The notes under the pieces were generated by a model. The model was given only the letters and a program-made list of their open reading frames with translations, ran no database searches and was not told the DNA's origin. A stretch of 59,008 nt of DNA, counting the filler, from Streblomastix strix (lineage: Eukaryota): assembly GCA_008636045.1 (NCBI GenBank). It is 3 parts of 3 records of this genome, joined end to end, with 100 filler letters (N's around TTAATTAATTAA, not from the genome) between each part and the next. Parts side by side here need not be neighbours in the genome. Positions count along the whole stretch, not along the records: positions 1 to 19,612 come from SNRW01000501.1; 2 more parts are not named here. One strand, 5' to 3'. Shown here one piece after another: positions 1 to 12,521 of this stretch; the stretch's first letter is position 1; every line of letters begins with the position of its first letter. A program made the position numbers and the translations under genes.

Positions 1-1550
1 TTTTCACTCATTTTACTGATAAATTATTTTCATTTTTTATTACGATTGATTATATCCACTATTGTTTTTCCGTTATTTTTAAGTTTTAATTCAATAGGGC
101 AGTGGGGTTCTTTTGCCTACTACTAATATTTGTACATATATTCGTTTGTAAATATTATTCGGGCTTTTAATTTTTTAAATTTGCACTTATTTTCATTTAA
201 TTCTTACTATTTTGCATATTAGAATATTTATCTTTCTACCTCTTTATTGATTTATTGATATTTATGTCGATATTAATTTTTTTTGAGGTTTATGTTGACA
301 GATCCTTATTCTTTGTTTTTTTCTTTTTTTACTCTGAAACTTCATTTTCATCGACACTACTAAAATCATCATCTTCATCGGTTGAACCCTCTCCCTTATC
401 TCCATCTTCACACAATTTTTCAAAATCTTCTTTCTTTGATTCTTAATCTTATATACTCTCATCATCGTCATCGTCGTCTGTTTATTCATCATTCTTCATC
501 CTATTTTTTTTTATCACTTTTTCTTTTTTTGTTTTTTTTCTTATATTCATTTTATTCACTGTATTCCACTATTAAATCTTATTTTTTTCTGAATCTTTTT
601 CCATTGCTTTTTTGGGTCTTATAGATTCTTCATTATTGAAATTCAATTTTTCCGCAAAATCTGCTTCTATTTATGGCTATCGCTTTGGCTACTGTTCGTA
701 TTTATTATATCATCTTCTGATATATCTTCATCTAATGTTATTAAATTCAGATCAATATGAATCAGCTATCTTCTCTTTTTCATATTTTTTTCAAATTAAT
801 TTTTTGCTTTTTAAGGATATTAATAGAATTGTTTCCTACAGTTTTCTAAACGGGAACTAACATTTTTCACTGTTTAGTAATAATATTTAAACAACTCAAA
901 ATTCTCCTTACAATCATCAGTTTGAATTATATATGTCTGATTTCCTTTTATCTGCTGCTAAAAATCATTGATATAGTCATATTGTTATTGATTTATACAT
1001 TGTTGAAATGTTTTCTGAATTTCGTCTATATTTTTTTATTTAAAATTCTCAATATCAAATGGATAATTGTCTATTTCGAGCATTTTCTCTTTTATTACTG
1101 TTTGCGATCTCTCAATGAAAGTTTTGTAAGCTTTTTAATATAATCTTACATCTTCACTATTATAATTATTAAGAATCTACTAGTGGTAATCTAATGAAAT
1201 AATATCTTAATCTTATATTTTGTTAAATTATTTCTAATCAACTGCCAACCGTTTGTACATTTATAATTCCTTTATCATTCGAATTTCTTTGTCTTTTAGA
1301 TTCTACGTGTCTACTGTATTAATTAACAGAATTAGTTTATCTCTATACTAAACATTCATCTGAATTATTTTTCATATAACATTCTTTGATTTTTGATCAT
1401 CCTTCAGTTTAAATCTTATTCTGTTGACCTTCATTTTAGTTTTCAGATAAAGAAATATCATTTCAATAACAGTTTCATTATTTCTCTTTTTTAGCAACTT
1501 TTTAATTTCAACATCATTTGTTTCTTAAATTAATGTAGTAGACGTTTGGA
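1..1550 (-). pseudogene. Low-complexity Q/E/N/K/D-rich coding-like region, probably the C-terminal tail of the adjacent transposase; runs off the contig end
   Basis: Minus strand reads as acidic/basic low-complexity protein with many TAA/TAG, downstream of and co-oriented with the DDE remnant. Frame continuity was not verified. Confidence 0.3.
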
Positions 1551-3130
1551 CTGTTTCTGTGCGAGGTTCCATAAACTTCTATTTGTTGCATAAAGATAGA
1601 TAATGAGCAGCTTCATAACTATAGTTATAGATTTCATGTTTAAAAATATATTCAGGGAAATCCATGATGAGAGTCTCATTTAAAATATTTTTTGTTCTTT
1701 CTTTATATTAATGGAACAGCTAAAATTCAAACAATATACTGATTACAATTACCACATAATAAGTCTCTGCATCGTTCATTTGTTCTCGGAGTTCTTTATA
1801 TGTTTGTCTTAAGCTTTTTTTTCAATCAAATTTTATTAAACATAATCATTTGCAAAAATCAACATTTGTTAATAAATTTTTTCCTTAACCGAAGAAGATA
1901 TTCGTTGAGTATAAACCACCCTGGGCGTACAAAGTTAATCATTTAATTTAGAAACGCTTTCTTATAATAATATTTATAAGATACAGTTTCATAGACCTAT
2001 GATTCTTAATTTATATATGCAAATTTAGACATTTTTTTCTTTTGCTTCAATATCAAGTATTTTAATTAGATTAATTACAGATAGTGAACCATAATTTCTA
2101 TTTTTGAAATGTTTCTATTCTTTTTCTTTATTTGTTTTTAACTGTTTTTTTTCTTTCTTATTGCCTATTTTAATTTCTCAAATTGTTAATTCTAAGTTAT
2201 GCTAATTGAATGATTGATTCTTATGTGTCATGATTATTATTGAACAATTAAGAAGCTATTCATCAGAAGGTGAATAAGTCAAAATTAATCCTTCATTCTC
2301 AGCTATATAAATGTCTTCCCTTGTCATGTACCAGTAATAAAATTAGCAAAATGATCAACTGATTAACGCTAAATTACAAAAGGAAGCATAAAATTGCATG
2401 ACTAAGCCGCATCTGCAATCAAGAACATTCAATTCTTACCTCAATCGACTGGATTATGTAAACCAAATTTTATATTTGCTTTTCAAACTATAATCATTCT
2501 TTTGTGCGAATCATTACACTACTTGTAATCGACCTCTTTTGCATTTGAATTAAACTCAACTAGAACTCCTTTTAGCTCCTTTTAAAGTAAGTCCTGAAAG
2601 TAGATAATTTCAGGTTCATCAATTATAATTCTTGATTCTTCTCCTGTTTTAGTTTCGAGTACTCCAAACTCATCTTCGTGTCATTTTTAATTATTTACGT
2701 ACCAACAGTGACCGACATCACAACCAGTTATCCTCGAAGCTCCAATTCTTATTTTTTGCGTTGTAATAAACCAAGTTGTATCAATTATATTTTGCATTCA
2801 TTATACCAATCTCTGTTTCTATTCGACTGTAATCAGAGCAGATTCATTATTTTCTGCTTTTTCATAACTAGTGTTATTCCTTACTTTCGAAAACATAGGA
2901 GTTGAGCATTTAGTGGCTTCAGCAAATATTGTTCTTGCTGGTTTTCAGATAAACCCTGCTTTGCAACTCTACTTTACCATGCATATAGCTTCAGTTGAAG
3001 AAGAAATTCCTATATTTCTAAAGACTTCAAAAATCAATAATAACTCAACTGAGTCAATTTTTCTTTCTGGTGTGTCCTCAAAAGTTTATTAGTCAAATTT
3101 ATTCCTCTATTAGTCTGTGTATTTTCTCAT
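1550..3130 (-). pseudogene. Degenerate pogo/Tigger-like (CENP-B HTH + DDE_1) transposase
   Basis: Hand translation from ATG at 3130: MRKYTDQQRNKF..., then after a frameshift GHCWYVNNQK*HEDEF (HTH_Tnp_Tc5 'W..F.KRH'-like), EESRIIIDEPEIIYFQDLLQKELKGVLVEFNSNAKEVD, LHNPVD*GKN*MFLIADAA...MLPFVI, ENEGLILTYSPS. Frameshifts are present and boundaries are approximate. Confidence 0.5.
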
Positions 3131-4304
3131 TTGAATTTTTGAATTAGTCCCACGAAAGAAAATTTAACCAATTTTCCAGTTTTTTATAATTCGACTACAA
3201 TTATTATGTGATAATAAAAATTTAAACATCCATTAAAAAATCAAAATCAAATAAAAACAGCAATTTTTATTATAAATAATAATTATAAAATCATATAAAT
3301 ATTTTAAATAAAATGCATCATATTACATTTTTTATCATGAATATTTTGGAAGATACATGCGAACAAGGAAATGAAATAATTATATCTTCTTTCAATTTGC
3401 TATTCAATAGTGCAACATAATACTGTTTTGATATTGTCTAGAAACGGTTATATGATAGCGAAATCATTAGTTTCGACTTTCTTGAAAGTGAATCAAGTGA
3501 ATATAATCATAACATCTTTTAAGCTAACCTTATTAAATGAAACTTTATTATAAGTAAAGAATTTCTTAAATTTACTAATTATTTATTCAAGATGTGTTTA
3601 ATTATTGTGCGTTAATTGCTTATATATCTTGAAAAACTTCTTTATTTATTGCTCTCTTTTAACGATGATTTTCAAACTGATTATCATTTCTAGTTTTGAT
3701 ATAATCTAAATCATCTTTGAGGCCAATATCCCCTCCTAAATTATTGATTAAATTATCGAAATAAGATATGCAATATGATTTCTATTCAATTGTATCTATA
3801 TCATAATCACAATCATTTATATTCTTACTATTATCTATATAGATATATTTATATTTATTTTTGTATTATTACTATAATTTTTTATCTAAATGCTTTATGA
3901 TCGAATAGAATCATTTATTTGACTACTCATCAAGAGAATTTTTCAAAATGATTTAGCAATTCCATTAAATTTTATTTATCAAACACGATAAAGTACCTCG
4001 AAAATTATTTCATTAAAGTGAACAACAGACGAATCAATCGATTCACTACGTCAAAAAGGGTAAATAAAAAATTATTTTTTTTTAAAACCATTATTTTATT
4101 TAAAATATACTACTTTCAAAAAAGCAAATATTTTACAAACTTTTTACTAATTGAAAATTGAATGAAAATATATATTGTTAAGAAAATTGGAAATTGTAAT
4201 TCTCTTTTAAAAAATATTTTTATTGTTTAACTATTTAAATTAAAAAAGGAAAAATTCAATTTTTTACAATTTTAAATGTTATTTTTTAATTTAATGATAT
4301 GAAT

Positions 4305-4877
4305 TCAGTCATCGGGAAGCTCTTGATTCTTTTTATCAAGGATCTTCGGTTGGAAATTTGTGTAGAAGTTGTATTAATAAATGAGATTTGGAATAGATGG
4401 TTTGAATAAAACTGGACTAACACCAAGAAGTTCTTTCAGCATGGCTGCATTCTCAGCTATTGAACTGCATATAAAGTGTGCATCACTCGTGCCAAGTAAT
4501 CTTCCAGCTTCTGCAAATTTGATCCAAGCATCTCGAGTAATGAATGGTGGATCAATCACAACTCCATCGAATGTGTGTTGCAAAGATCCTGGAATATCAA
4601 GAGGTTCTTTATAATCATATCGTATGAAGCCATGCTCTTTCTTCCACTGTGTATCAATATCCAAAAGTGTAGCTTTTTCATACAAATTTGGATAAAATTA
4701 TTTCAGACAGAAAAAGACCGACGGACATGCGATGCAAGCTATTTTCTAAGCGCCAACACTTTAAAACTCTGCGCATATTGCATTTATTGTTGCAGCTGAG
4801 TACCAGTACTGATTAAAATCTGCATTCTCGCGTGTTGCTGATAGGAACTTCACAGGTTTTTGTGTGGTAGTCTCCAT
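4305..4877 (-). CDS. EEF1AKMT1: EEF1A lysine methyltransferase 1 (N6AMT2/Efm5 family), intronless, 190 aa with TAR=Gln
   Basis: ENADFNQYWYS, IACIACPSVF, FIRYDYKEP, VVIDPPF, FKPSIPNLIY[TAA=Q]YNFYTNF. ATG at 4877 and TGA at 4305-4307 lie in one frame. Confidence 0.9.
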
Positions 4878-5345
4878 CTTCTACAAAAGAATAAAAAATT
4901 CAAATAAATAAAAATAATATTATTTAAAATTAATTAATTAATTAAAATTTTCAGAATAAAAGCGAATAATATCATTCAATATTTCGAGATATTACAAGTT
5001 ATTTGCAGAAAAAGTTAGGAATTGAATATCTTTCTTGCTTCTAATTTTGAATATAAAAATGTTATATTAATTATACATAAAATAATGCAATATTAGTAAA
5101 ATTATTATTTATTACAAGTTTATTCTAGAAGTTGATGAATTATTTGTAAAAATATGTATTTTGATAATATCCTTGCATATATACATACAGCATAATAATG
5201 AATGTAAAAATGCAAAATTATTTAGCATAAAAACAAAAATTTTCCACATTTTATAACAGTTTATTGTAACAGTGTTGAAAATAAACAAGAAAATAAAAGA
5301 TTAACCTATTAATATTGCATTGGAGTTTTACTAAGCACCTTTAGC

Positions 5346-8218
5346 TCAAGTTTATTTTATAAATTCAGCGGGTACATATCCAGCTTCTTCTTTACTTCCT
5401 TTCCCTTTTCTCTAACAATATACCCAACCTTGACTATTGCTACTAGAATTTTCTATGAGAAGTAATGTTTCTCCTTTTTTAACTGATAGTTCTATATCAG
5501 ATGAAGCTGTATAATCATAGAGTACTTTAACTTTCTTAACTTTGGTTGTTTTCTTCTGTCCCTCGAAGGGTGCATTGCTCATATCATGGAATGAAGGAGT
5601 ATCTGCAACAGAATCAGATGACTTCCCAATATTAGATCCAGAGTTACTATTGGATCCCTTCCCAACATTTGTACTTCCTATTCCACTCCCACTGTAACTA
5701 CCATATATATCATAACCATCATTAGTGCCATATGTAGAACTTGATTTAGAAGTTCCAGGGGTGTTTGAATAATTATTCAATGTATAAGGATCATCATATG
5801 CAGTTCCATATGATGATGATGATGATGAGGAAGATGATGATTATGGATAGCCGCTCGTTCTTCCAATTTCACCATATAAATCACTTGAACTGCCATAGAT
5901 ATCATTTTGTTTAGCTGTACCTGAACTATTAAAAGCCGCATTGAGTTTCAAATTCCCAGTTGAATCTGTTTAGTAATTGGGATTACTATAATATTCATCA
6001 TAAGGAGATGTTTCTGCTTATTTCTTAGTTGATGGTATTGATTATTAGCGAACAAGACCAAAATCAGAAGATTGAGAATCAGGAGCTTTCTACTGTTATT
6101 GTTGTGGTTAAGAGCTTTGAAGTGAAAATGGGTTTGTAAGAGGTGATTATTATAACTATGCCTATTTCTGCTACACTTTCTCTTGAAGTTCAAGTTAATG
6201 TTATTATATAGTGGCTGCTTGTTATTATTGTATAAATGCGAGTCCCTGTTATGCAGCTCCTCCAGCAGTTATGGCAGTTTTAGCATAAGGAGCCATTGTA
6301 GCTGAACTTATAGCAGGTTGACTTCGTATCTCTTAGTGATTATATATGAGGTATGAATAAGGTACAAATCCCATAAATATTCCATCAGGAAGAGGATCTT
6401 ATTATCCCTTTTTCTTACTCTTATCATCTTTCTTTGAACTCTTATCTTTCTTCTTATTATCTTGAAGTGCATTTGATCTCTATATCTTTACTCTTGCCCA
6501 TCCATTCAACTCTGCATTGTTATGATCATTATCTCCAATAATCTCAACAATCTCTCCTTCATTCATTGCAATCTCTTTCTCATTCTCTGGTTTAAATGCA
6601 TATTATGCTCTATAGAAGTATGATGTCATATTAATCATTCCTTACATTGTGGCTCCAAGATCTGATGCACCTGCACCAATGCCAGATCCAATAATGTTTC
6701 CATATCCATCTGTTGCATCAACAGGTAATGGTGTGATATTAGACAATAATTCAAGGTTAGCTAAGGATGAGGTATTCCCAGAAAAAGTTTGTCCACTGAA
6801 TCCCTTTGATGTTACTGATGACACAACTCCTTTCTATAAAGATGATCCAACTCCTTATGTTTAAATTTCTCGTGTTGGAAGTTGAACATTTTGAGGTGGG
6901 ACTACTTAGCCATTAGCCTATTAAAAGAATCAAATAAAAATGTACATATATAAATTTTATTGAACTTATTTGTAATGGGATATTAAACCCTCCTTTAGTA
7001 ATCTGGCTTAAGTCTCAGTGAATGAGGAGCACCTGTTACATTCTGTGTAGAAAATGCAAATAAATCTGCTAATGGATTGTGCATTTATATTGAGAGCAAG
7101 GAATTACGAACAGATTCATGTATGAGAATAAGCATCTGAATATTAATAATGTGAATGTGTGAGAAAATAAATAAATATAAAAGAATATATTCAAACGTTG
7201 TCCCATTTATTAAACATGTTTTTCAATTTGTCGCCAACTGATTTCATTCTTTTCATTTCAACTTCTTCAAATAATTAGAATTGGCGTGCCATCTTTTCCT
7301 TATTTTATAACAAATGTATATATAAATAAATATAATATATACGATAAACATACTTCATATTCTGATAGTGTGTTATTATATTCATTCACAGAAAGGGTAT
7401 AATTCTCTTCTGCAGTATTTTTTACTGCCATTTTATCATCAGCAGTTTTACGTATCTAAATGTCAGATAAATAAGGAAAATTGGATATATAATAAATAAA
7501 TTTATATACTTTAGCTAATTTTTCATGTTTGATATGCAAATCTCCTTTAATCTTCTCAAATGAATTTTCTGAGTCATCCCAATCTTTAAATGCACTAACA
7601 TATTTATCAAATTTCTATTAATTAATAATTATATAAAAATTATCATTAAAGCAAAGTAGTCAGAAATAGATACATTAACACACTTTCCCCATTTCATCTC
7701 CAACTTCCTTCCTCTTCTTCTGAAGTGCAGCCATTTCATCAACAATTCCTTTTGTAAGTCTTCCATATTCTTCAGATTCTTTGGTTGTCTCATCTAATAA
7801 CTCTTTATAGTGGGTGTATAACTCCTGCGAAAAGGACTCTATACTTTCCATATGCTTCTTAAGTTCTTACCAAGACTAAGCTAGTGTTCTACTCATTAAA
7901 ATAATAATAAGCGAGAAAAATATATGGAATAAAAATAAAAGCAATATATGCCCCTCTTCTGTAATTGGTATGAATTTTCGAGCTTTGATGTTCTTATAGA
8001 ACGCTTCCTCAGCCATAAAATTTTTAGTTAGTCGTACAATAATCTATTCATAGGTTCTAATAAATAAATATATGATGGCAATAATAATAAAGAAAAACAA
8101 ACAAAATCACAAACTACTTTCCTTTAGCAACACGATCACGCACAATCTGCACGCCCTCCCATAGTTTTCCTGCAAAATCCACAGCAGGATCAAGCACAAC
8201 AGGCTATGCGAAAGTCAT
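5346..8218 (-). CDS. F-BAR domain protein with two SH3 domains (FCHSD/Bzz1/PACSIN-like), multi-exon
   Basis: N-terminus DFAGKLWEGVQIVRDRVAKGK...EEGTLAQSWQEL (FCH/F-BAR). SH3-1 is YRAQYAFKPENEKEIAMNEGEIV...GWARV...GFVPYSYL. SH3-2 is VKVLYDYTASSDIELSVKKGETL...GWVYC...GYVPAEFI. Several short introns; ends at TGA 5346-5348. Confidence 0.85.
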
Positions 8219-8707
8219 TTCAACAAATTTATATAATTGAAATGTTTCTTGAGATAAAAAGATAAGTTAGAAGAAAAAATGAATGAAAAAGAATATAAAT
8301 TACATTTAAATTGTAAAAAATATAATAATTTATGTTGTGAATATAATTTATGAATTTTTATATTTAAAATTTGTTCTAATCTCTGTTTTATAAGCATTTT
8401 AAATTAAATGTTGATTTTGTAGGCTTTGATAAATTTAAAAGTTTTAATTGTTATGTTAATTGTCATATTATAATTTTAAAAACAATATTAGTTCTTTAAA
8501 TGTGATTAGTTATTTATGATTAATGAATAAAATCGAGTTTTGTAAAAATCTCCAGATAGTTGTATCCATCTGACAATTTCTAAGATATTGAATATATTTA
8601 TTTATTATAATTTTTTGCTTGTACAGATTAAAAGAATTGAATGAATTATAATTGTTTTTATAAAAAAATATTAATTTTTTGCAATAAATCTTATGCAACA
8701 TTCAAAT

Positions 8708-9374
8708 TCAGTTTTATTCTTCCTGATTTTAAGCAACTCGTGAAATAAATTCAGTAATTTATTCACTTTCTTCCCCCAAAACCTGAAAATATGAGTTTAT
8801 TTTATCTAAAAAAGTAAAAAATTAAAGGAACTTTTAATACCTTACAACATTTAACAACATCGCTTAGCTCATTAGATAGTTTTTATTTAAAATAAGATGT
8901 TGCATTCCCAACATTTTCAAAATCAGATAGTTTCTTTGCATCAGTATTTGAAAGTTAGTTATTGAAAGGCTAAATTCCATTGAGAGTTGCTATAACTTCG
9001 TCAAGTGCATGAAGTACGTCATCTTCTTTGAAAATAACCTGGTCGCTACATGGGATTTTATCCATACTTTATTAAAGTCCAGTTCGAAGAACTTAAAGTG
9101 ATTCTGACAGAGCTGCGAATTCTTCTGCAAAATTCAATATTTTATCTGCTTGTATTTGAATAGAGTTAACTGTTGTATTTAGCTTAGTCCTAATATTATT
9201 TGCCAGCTCAAGTTATCTTAATTCTATATTTTTCTCTTTTAATCTTATAGTTAGAGTATAGAACACATTATTTACATAATCCTCTCTTAATTTAATTGTT
9301 TTTTCGAGCAGCGAATTTAAATAGTACCATTATAGCATCTTGATATATTCAGAATGAGCTCTGGGAACAGACAT
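8708..9374 (-). CDS. Coiled-coil protein resembling the augmin subunit 8 / QWRF family
   Basis: MSVPRAHSEYIKMLQWYYLNSLLEK...LRTGLQQSMDKIP resembles the recalled 'LLQWRF.NA' ... 'aL....rlP' pattern. One intron near 8783-8840; ends at TGA 8708-8710. Confidence 0.5.
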
Positions 9375-10076
9375 TATCTATATTATGAAATAAATGATAA
9401 ATTATTATGTAAAAAATTCAAATTTACTAAGAAAATAATATTGCATGGAGGTAAATTAAGTTTAAATATTTGATTGTAATACTTTTAATTTATGCTACAA
9501 AAAATTTAATGTTTGTAAGATATGTATTTAAATTGTTTGGTAAACTATTTCCTGCTAAAAATTAAGTTTTAATTATAATTGTTACTAATCAATGAAACAA
9601 ACACTCAATTTAATGATTAAATGCTATTTATATAATTATTAAATATTGCAATATTTATACATAATTTAACTCACCAAATAAAAAATTGATAATTATTCCT
9701 CATATTGTACATATAATATAAAATATTATTAGTATGTAATTTAAATAATAATTTAAATCTTGTTTAAAGCTATAATAACTGAATTTGACCGAATTTATTT
9801 TTTTTGGCGCTATAGATTGCAATCTTGAAAATTGTAATTTTTTCCTTGCCATTTGCACTCCACAAAACATTATCATTTTCAATACATCAATATTTAAATA
9901 TATGTTTTTACTAATCCTGATTGCTGCTCTTGATATGGAATGAGAAAAACCGCACTTTTAAATATTGATGTGCTCCGCATTGGATTGCTATTAATAAACA
10001 TGCTTTAATAGATTTTTTCATTTTTAAACATCATCGTATCATTTTCTTTGTCTTTTTTTCTCGATATAGACTCTAA

Positions 10077-10660
10077 ATGAGCTTTGAAAACTTTAAGAGC
10101 GGATTTGACGTTAAGCCCGAAGAGTTCATTAAGTTGAAGAGTGGTGGCTTTAGCATGTATGATGTAATTTAGTTAACCTTTAGATTTACCTTAATCAATC
10201 ATTTAGCCCGAAAAACTACAATCGGAGATTCCAGGGCAATCTTTTGACCTTCCAGAGCTATTACTTCTCTATCCTCTTTGTATTCTCTTTGATTGCATCG
10301 TATGAATATTATTTAATAACATAAATAGTCAACTTATTATTAATTTTATATAGAATCATACAGCCCAAGAATCTTTTACCAGTCGCAGCTGTCGTTGCAT
10401 ACGTAGTTCTACGCCAACAGATTCCAAAAGACTATCGTGTATTTGGTGACGGAGGCATTGTTGTTGCTGCCATTCTGCTGTCATATTGGGCTTCACAATT
10501 CCTGATGGCATACTTCTTTGCAGCTTGGACATTTGTAGTTGCTGCACATGCATTTTTCAGAAGTAGAACAATTGCCAGACAGAGACCATGGATTGATGTA
10601 CTCAAAGAATTCGTCTTATGCAAACGCTCATTGACAGCAACAGATGACATTTTCAGTTGA
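10077..10660 (+). CDS. PRA1 (prenylated Rab acceptor) family membrane protein, 2 introns
   Basis: NRRFQGNLLTFQSYY (R..NL..FQ.NY motif), hydrophobic segments, and FVVAAHAFFR (HA.FR motif). Ends at TGA 10658-10660. Confidence 0.8.
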
Positions 10661-10868
10661 ATTTGATGACTTATCCAACTGAATTATGCAAAAAACAATA
10701 GTTTTTAAAATAATGATTTTAGATAGGTTCATTATTTTTTCAATTGAATGTTAGTATCGTACAATAAAACTCATTCTATTTAATCAAAGAAATGTTTTAT
10801 GATCTATTTTATATATTAAATAAATTAGTTATTAATTTTATTGAGCAAATTATCATATTAAAACACAT

Positions 10869-12437
10869 TCAACGCCGTATAAAATTATAATTATTATTAG
10901 GCGCACGATTTCCTGTTTGTGAATGATGAGCTTATAATTCAATGGGTAACGTTCTTGTAGTTGGTGGATATGGAGTAGGTATTATTTATTGTAACTGCTG
11001 TGTATATGGTATTGAAGGAGTAATTATTTCATTCTGAATATAGGGATTCATAAAGTCCTCAGGGAATGGAGATATGGGAGGAAGATCAAACTATTAAGAT
11101 TGAATCTATGCTTCGTGAGTTGCTTTTATTTAATTTCTTGACCTTGAAGGTGGTTACATCATTTGATCTTCATTTTGAATATTGTATTAAATTTAGTCTT
11201 ATTCTCTTTCTACATTTGGTCTTTGTGTCCTCTGGGCATATTCTTTGTTTTATACTTAATTATTATAATTTGGAATAGACCTACTTGTATAATTATTAAA
11301 TTGTTATTCATTTGGTTTGTTATTTTACCAATTTCTGATCTCGAAGCCATCATCAATATCAACATCAGACACAAATCCATCTTACTCGATTTCTTATCTG
11401 TGGTTTTCTAAATATTCAATAATCCTTCTCATCTTCTAAATCTTTCTTCTTTAATATTCTTCTTATGCTTTTTCTAATTTGAATGTTTCTTCATCTAAAT
11501 TCCATAAAGGATTCAATATTGGAAAGAAGGTTGGAACAATTCTTTTGTAAACAATGTATTTCTTTTGAAATCTAAATATCAGATCTTCCTCTTCCTGATG
11601 AAAAGCAAATTTTAAATAAAGTAAATAAATATAAAATTATGTATAAAAGCATGTTTATACATTATTTACAAGTTGAATGATTGGTAATATGGAAAGAATT
11701 GCATATAATAATAGTGTTAACGAATCTCTCCACAATGCTAAAGCATGGAAAATCAGCATCACACACAGTGCCTGTGGATGTCTCGTTCTTGTATATATTC
11801 CTTTGAAAAGATCTTATTCCAGTCTAGGAATTATAAATTCTGGAAATGATGCAAATAAAGAAGGAATAAAAAGTCCTATTGCACCTGCTACTAAAATAAA
11901 TGCAATTACTCTCGAGATATTAAAATTAAAAGGTAGAAATTCATTAATTACTTTGTCTATTGAATCGTCTGGAATGTAACGCTCAAGGAAGGAGAAGTGA
12001 AATGAATACAGAAACAAGAAAATTATTGAAATAATTCTCACAAGCCCACATTGTTAGTAAGCACGCTGTGGTGTATGTGAAATGCGAGAGAGTGCACATG
12101 GTCTACTTGACCATCCATAAAGAACATAAAATAATCCAAACCAACATATTGTAAACAGTAAATTTAGAACTGAGATTATTCTCGCATCTGACACTTTACC
12201 TTTTAAAAAAATAAATATTTTAAAAAGTAATAATTATTATTTGTAAAAATAAATATAATTTAACCAAATTAAATCAATACAAAATCAAATAAATCGGGTT
12301 TTAATTGTTTTTCAAAAAAAAGTGAAACTTAATTTTATTATTAGTTTAAATTGTTTGATATACATAGTTTATTGAGAATTAATAATATACATACCAACAA
12401 AATTCATAAGAAAACTGCCAGGCTTTCTGAAATCCAT
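10869..12437 (-). CDS. PEMT/ICMT-family membrane methyltransferase with a low-complexity C-terminal tail
   Basis: GIYTRTRHPQ...EEEDLIFRFQKKYIVYKRIVPTFFP matches G.Y...RHP / EE..L...F...Y..Y...VP.F.P. Transmembrane segments and two introns are present. Confidence 0.75.
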
Positions 12438-12521
12438 CTCAAATCAATATTATAAGACAATAATATTCAGTTCTTATAATAGAAATTTATTATTGTATTA
12501 TTTACAGATTTAATAAAAATT

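Noticed and set aside
3340..3960. Possible minus-strand ORF remnant
   Set aside because: Frameshifted with no recognisable family, and its similarity to the 37.9-38.5 kb ORF was not convincing.
10356..10650. Minus-strand ORFs of 65 and 72 aa
   Set aside because: Antisense to the PRA1 gene, whose family motifs are on the plus strand.
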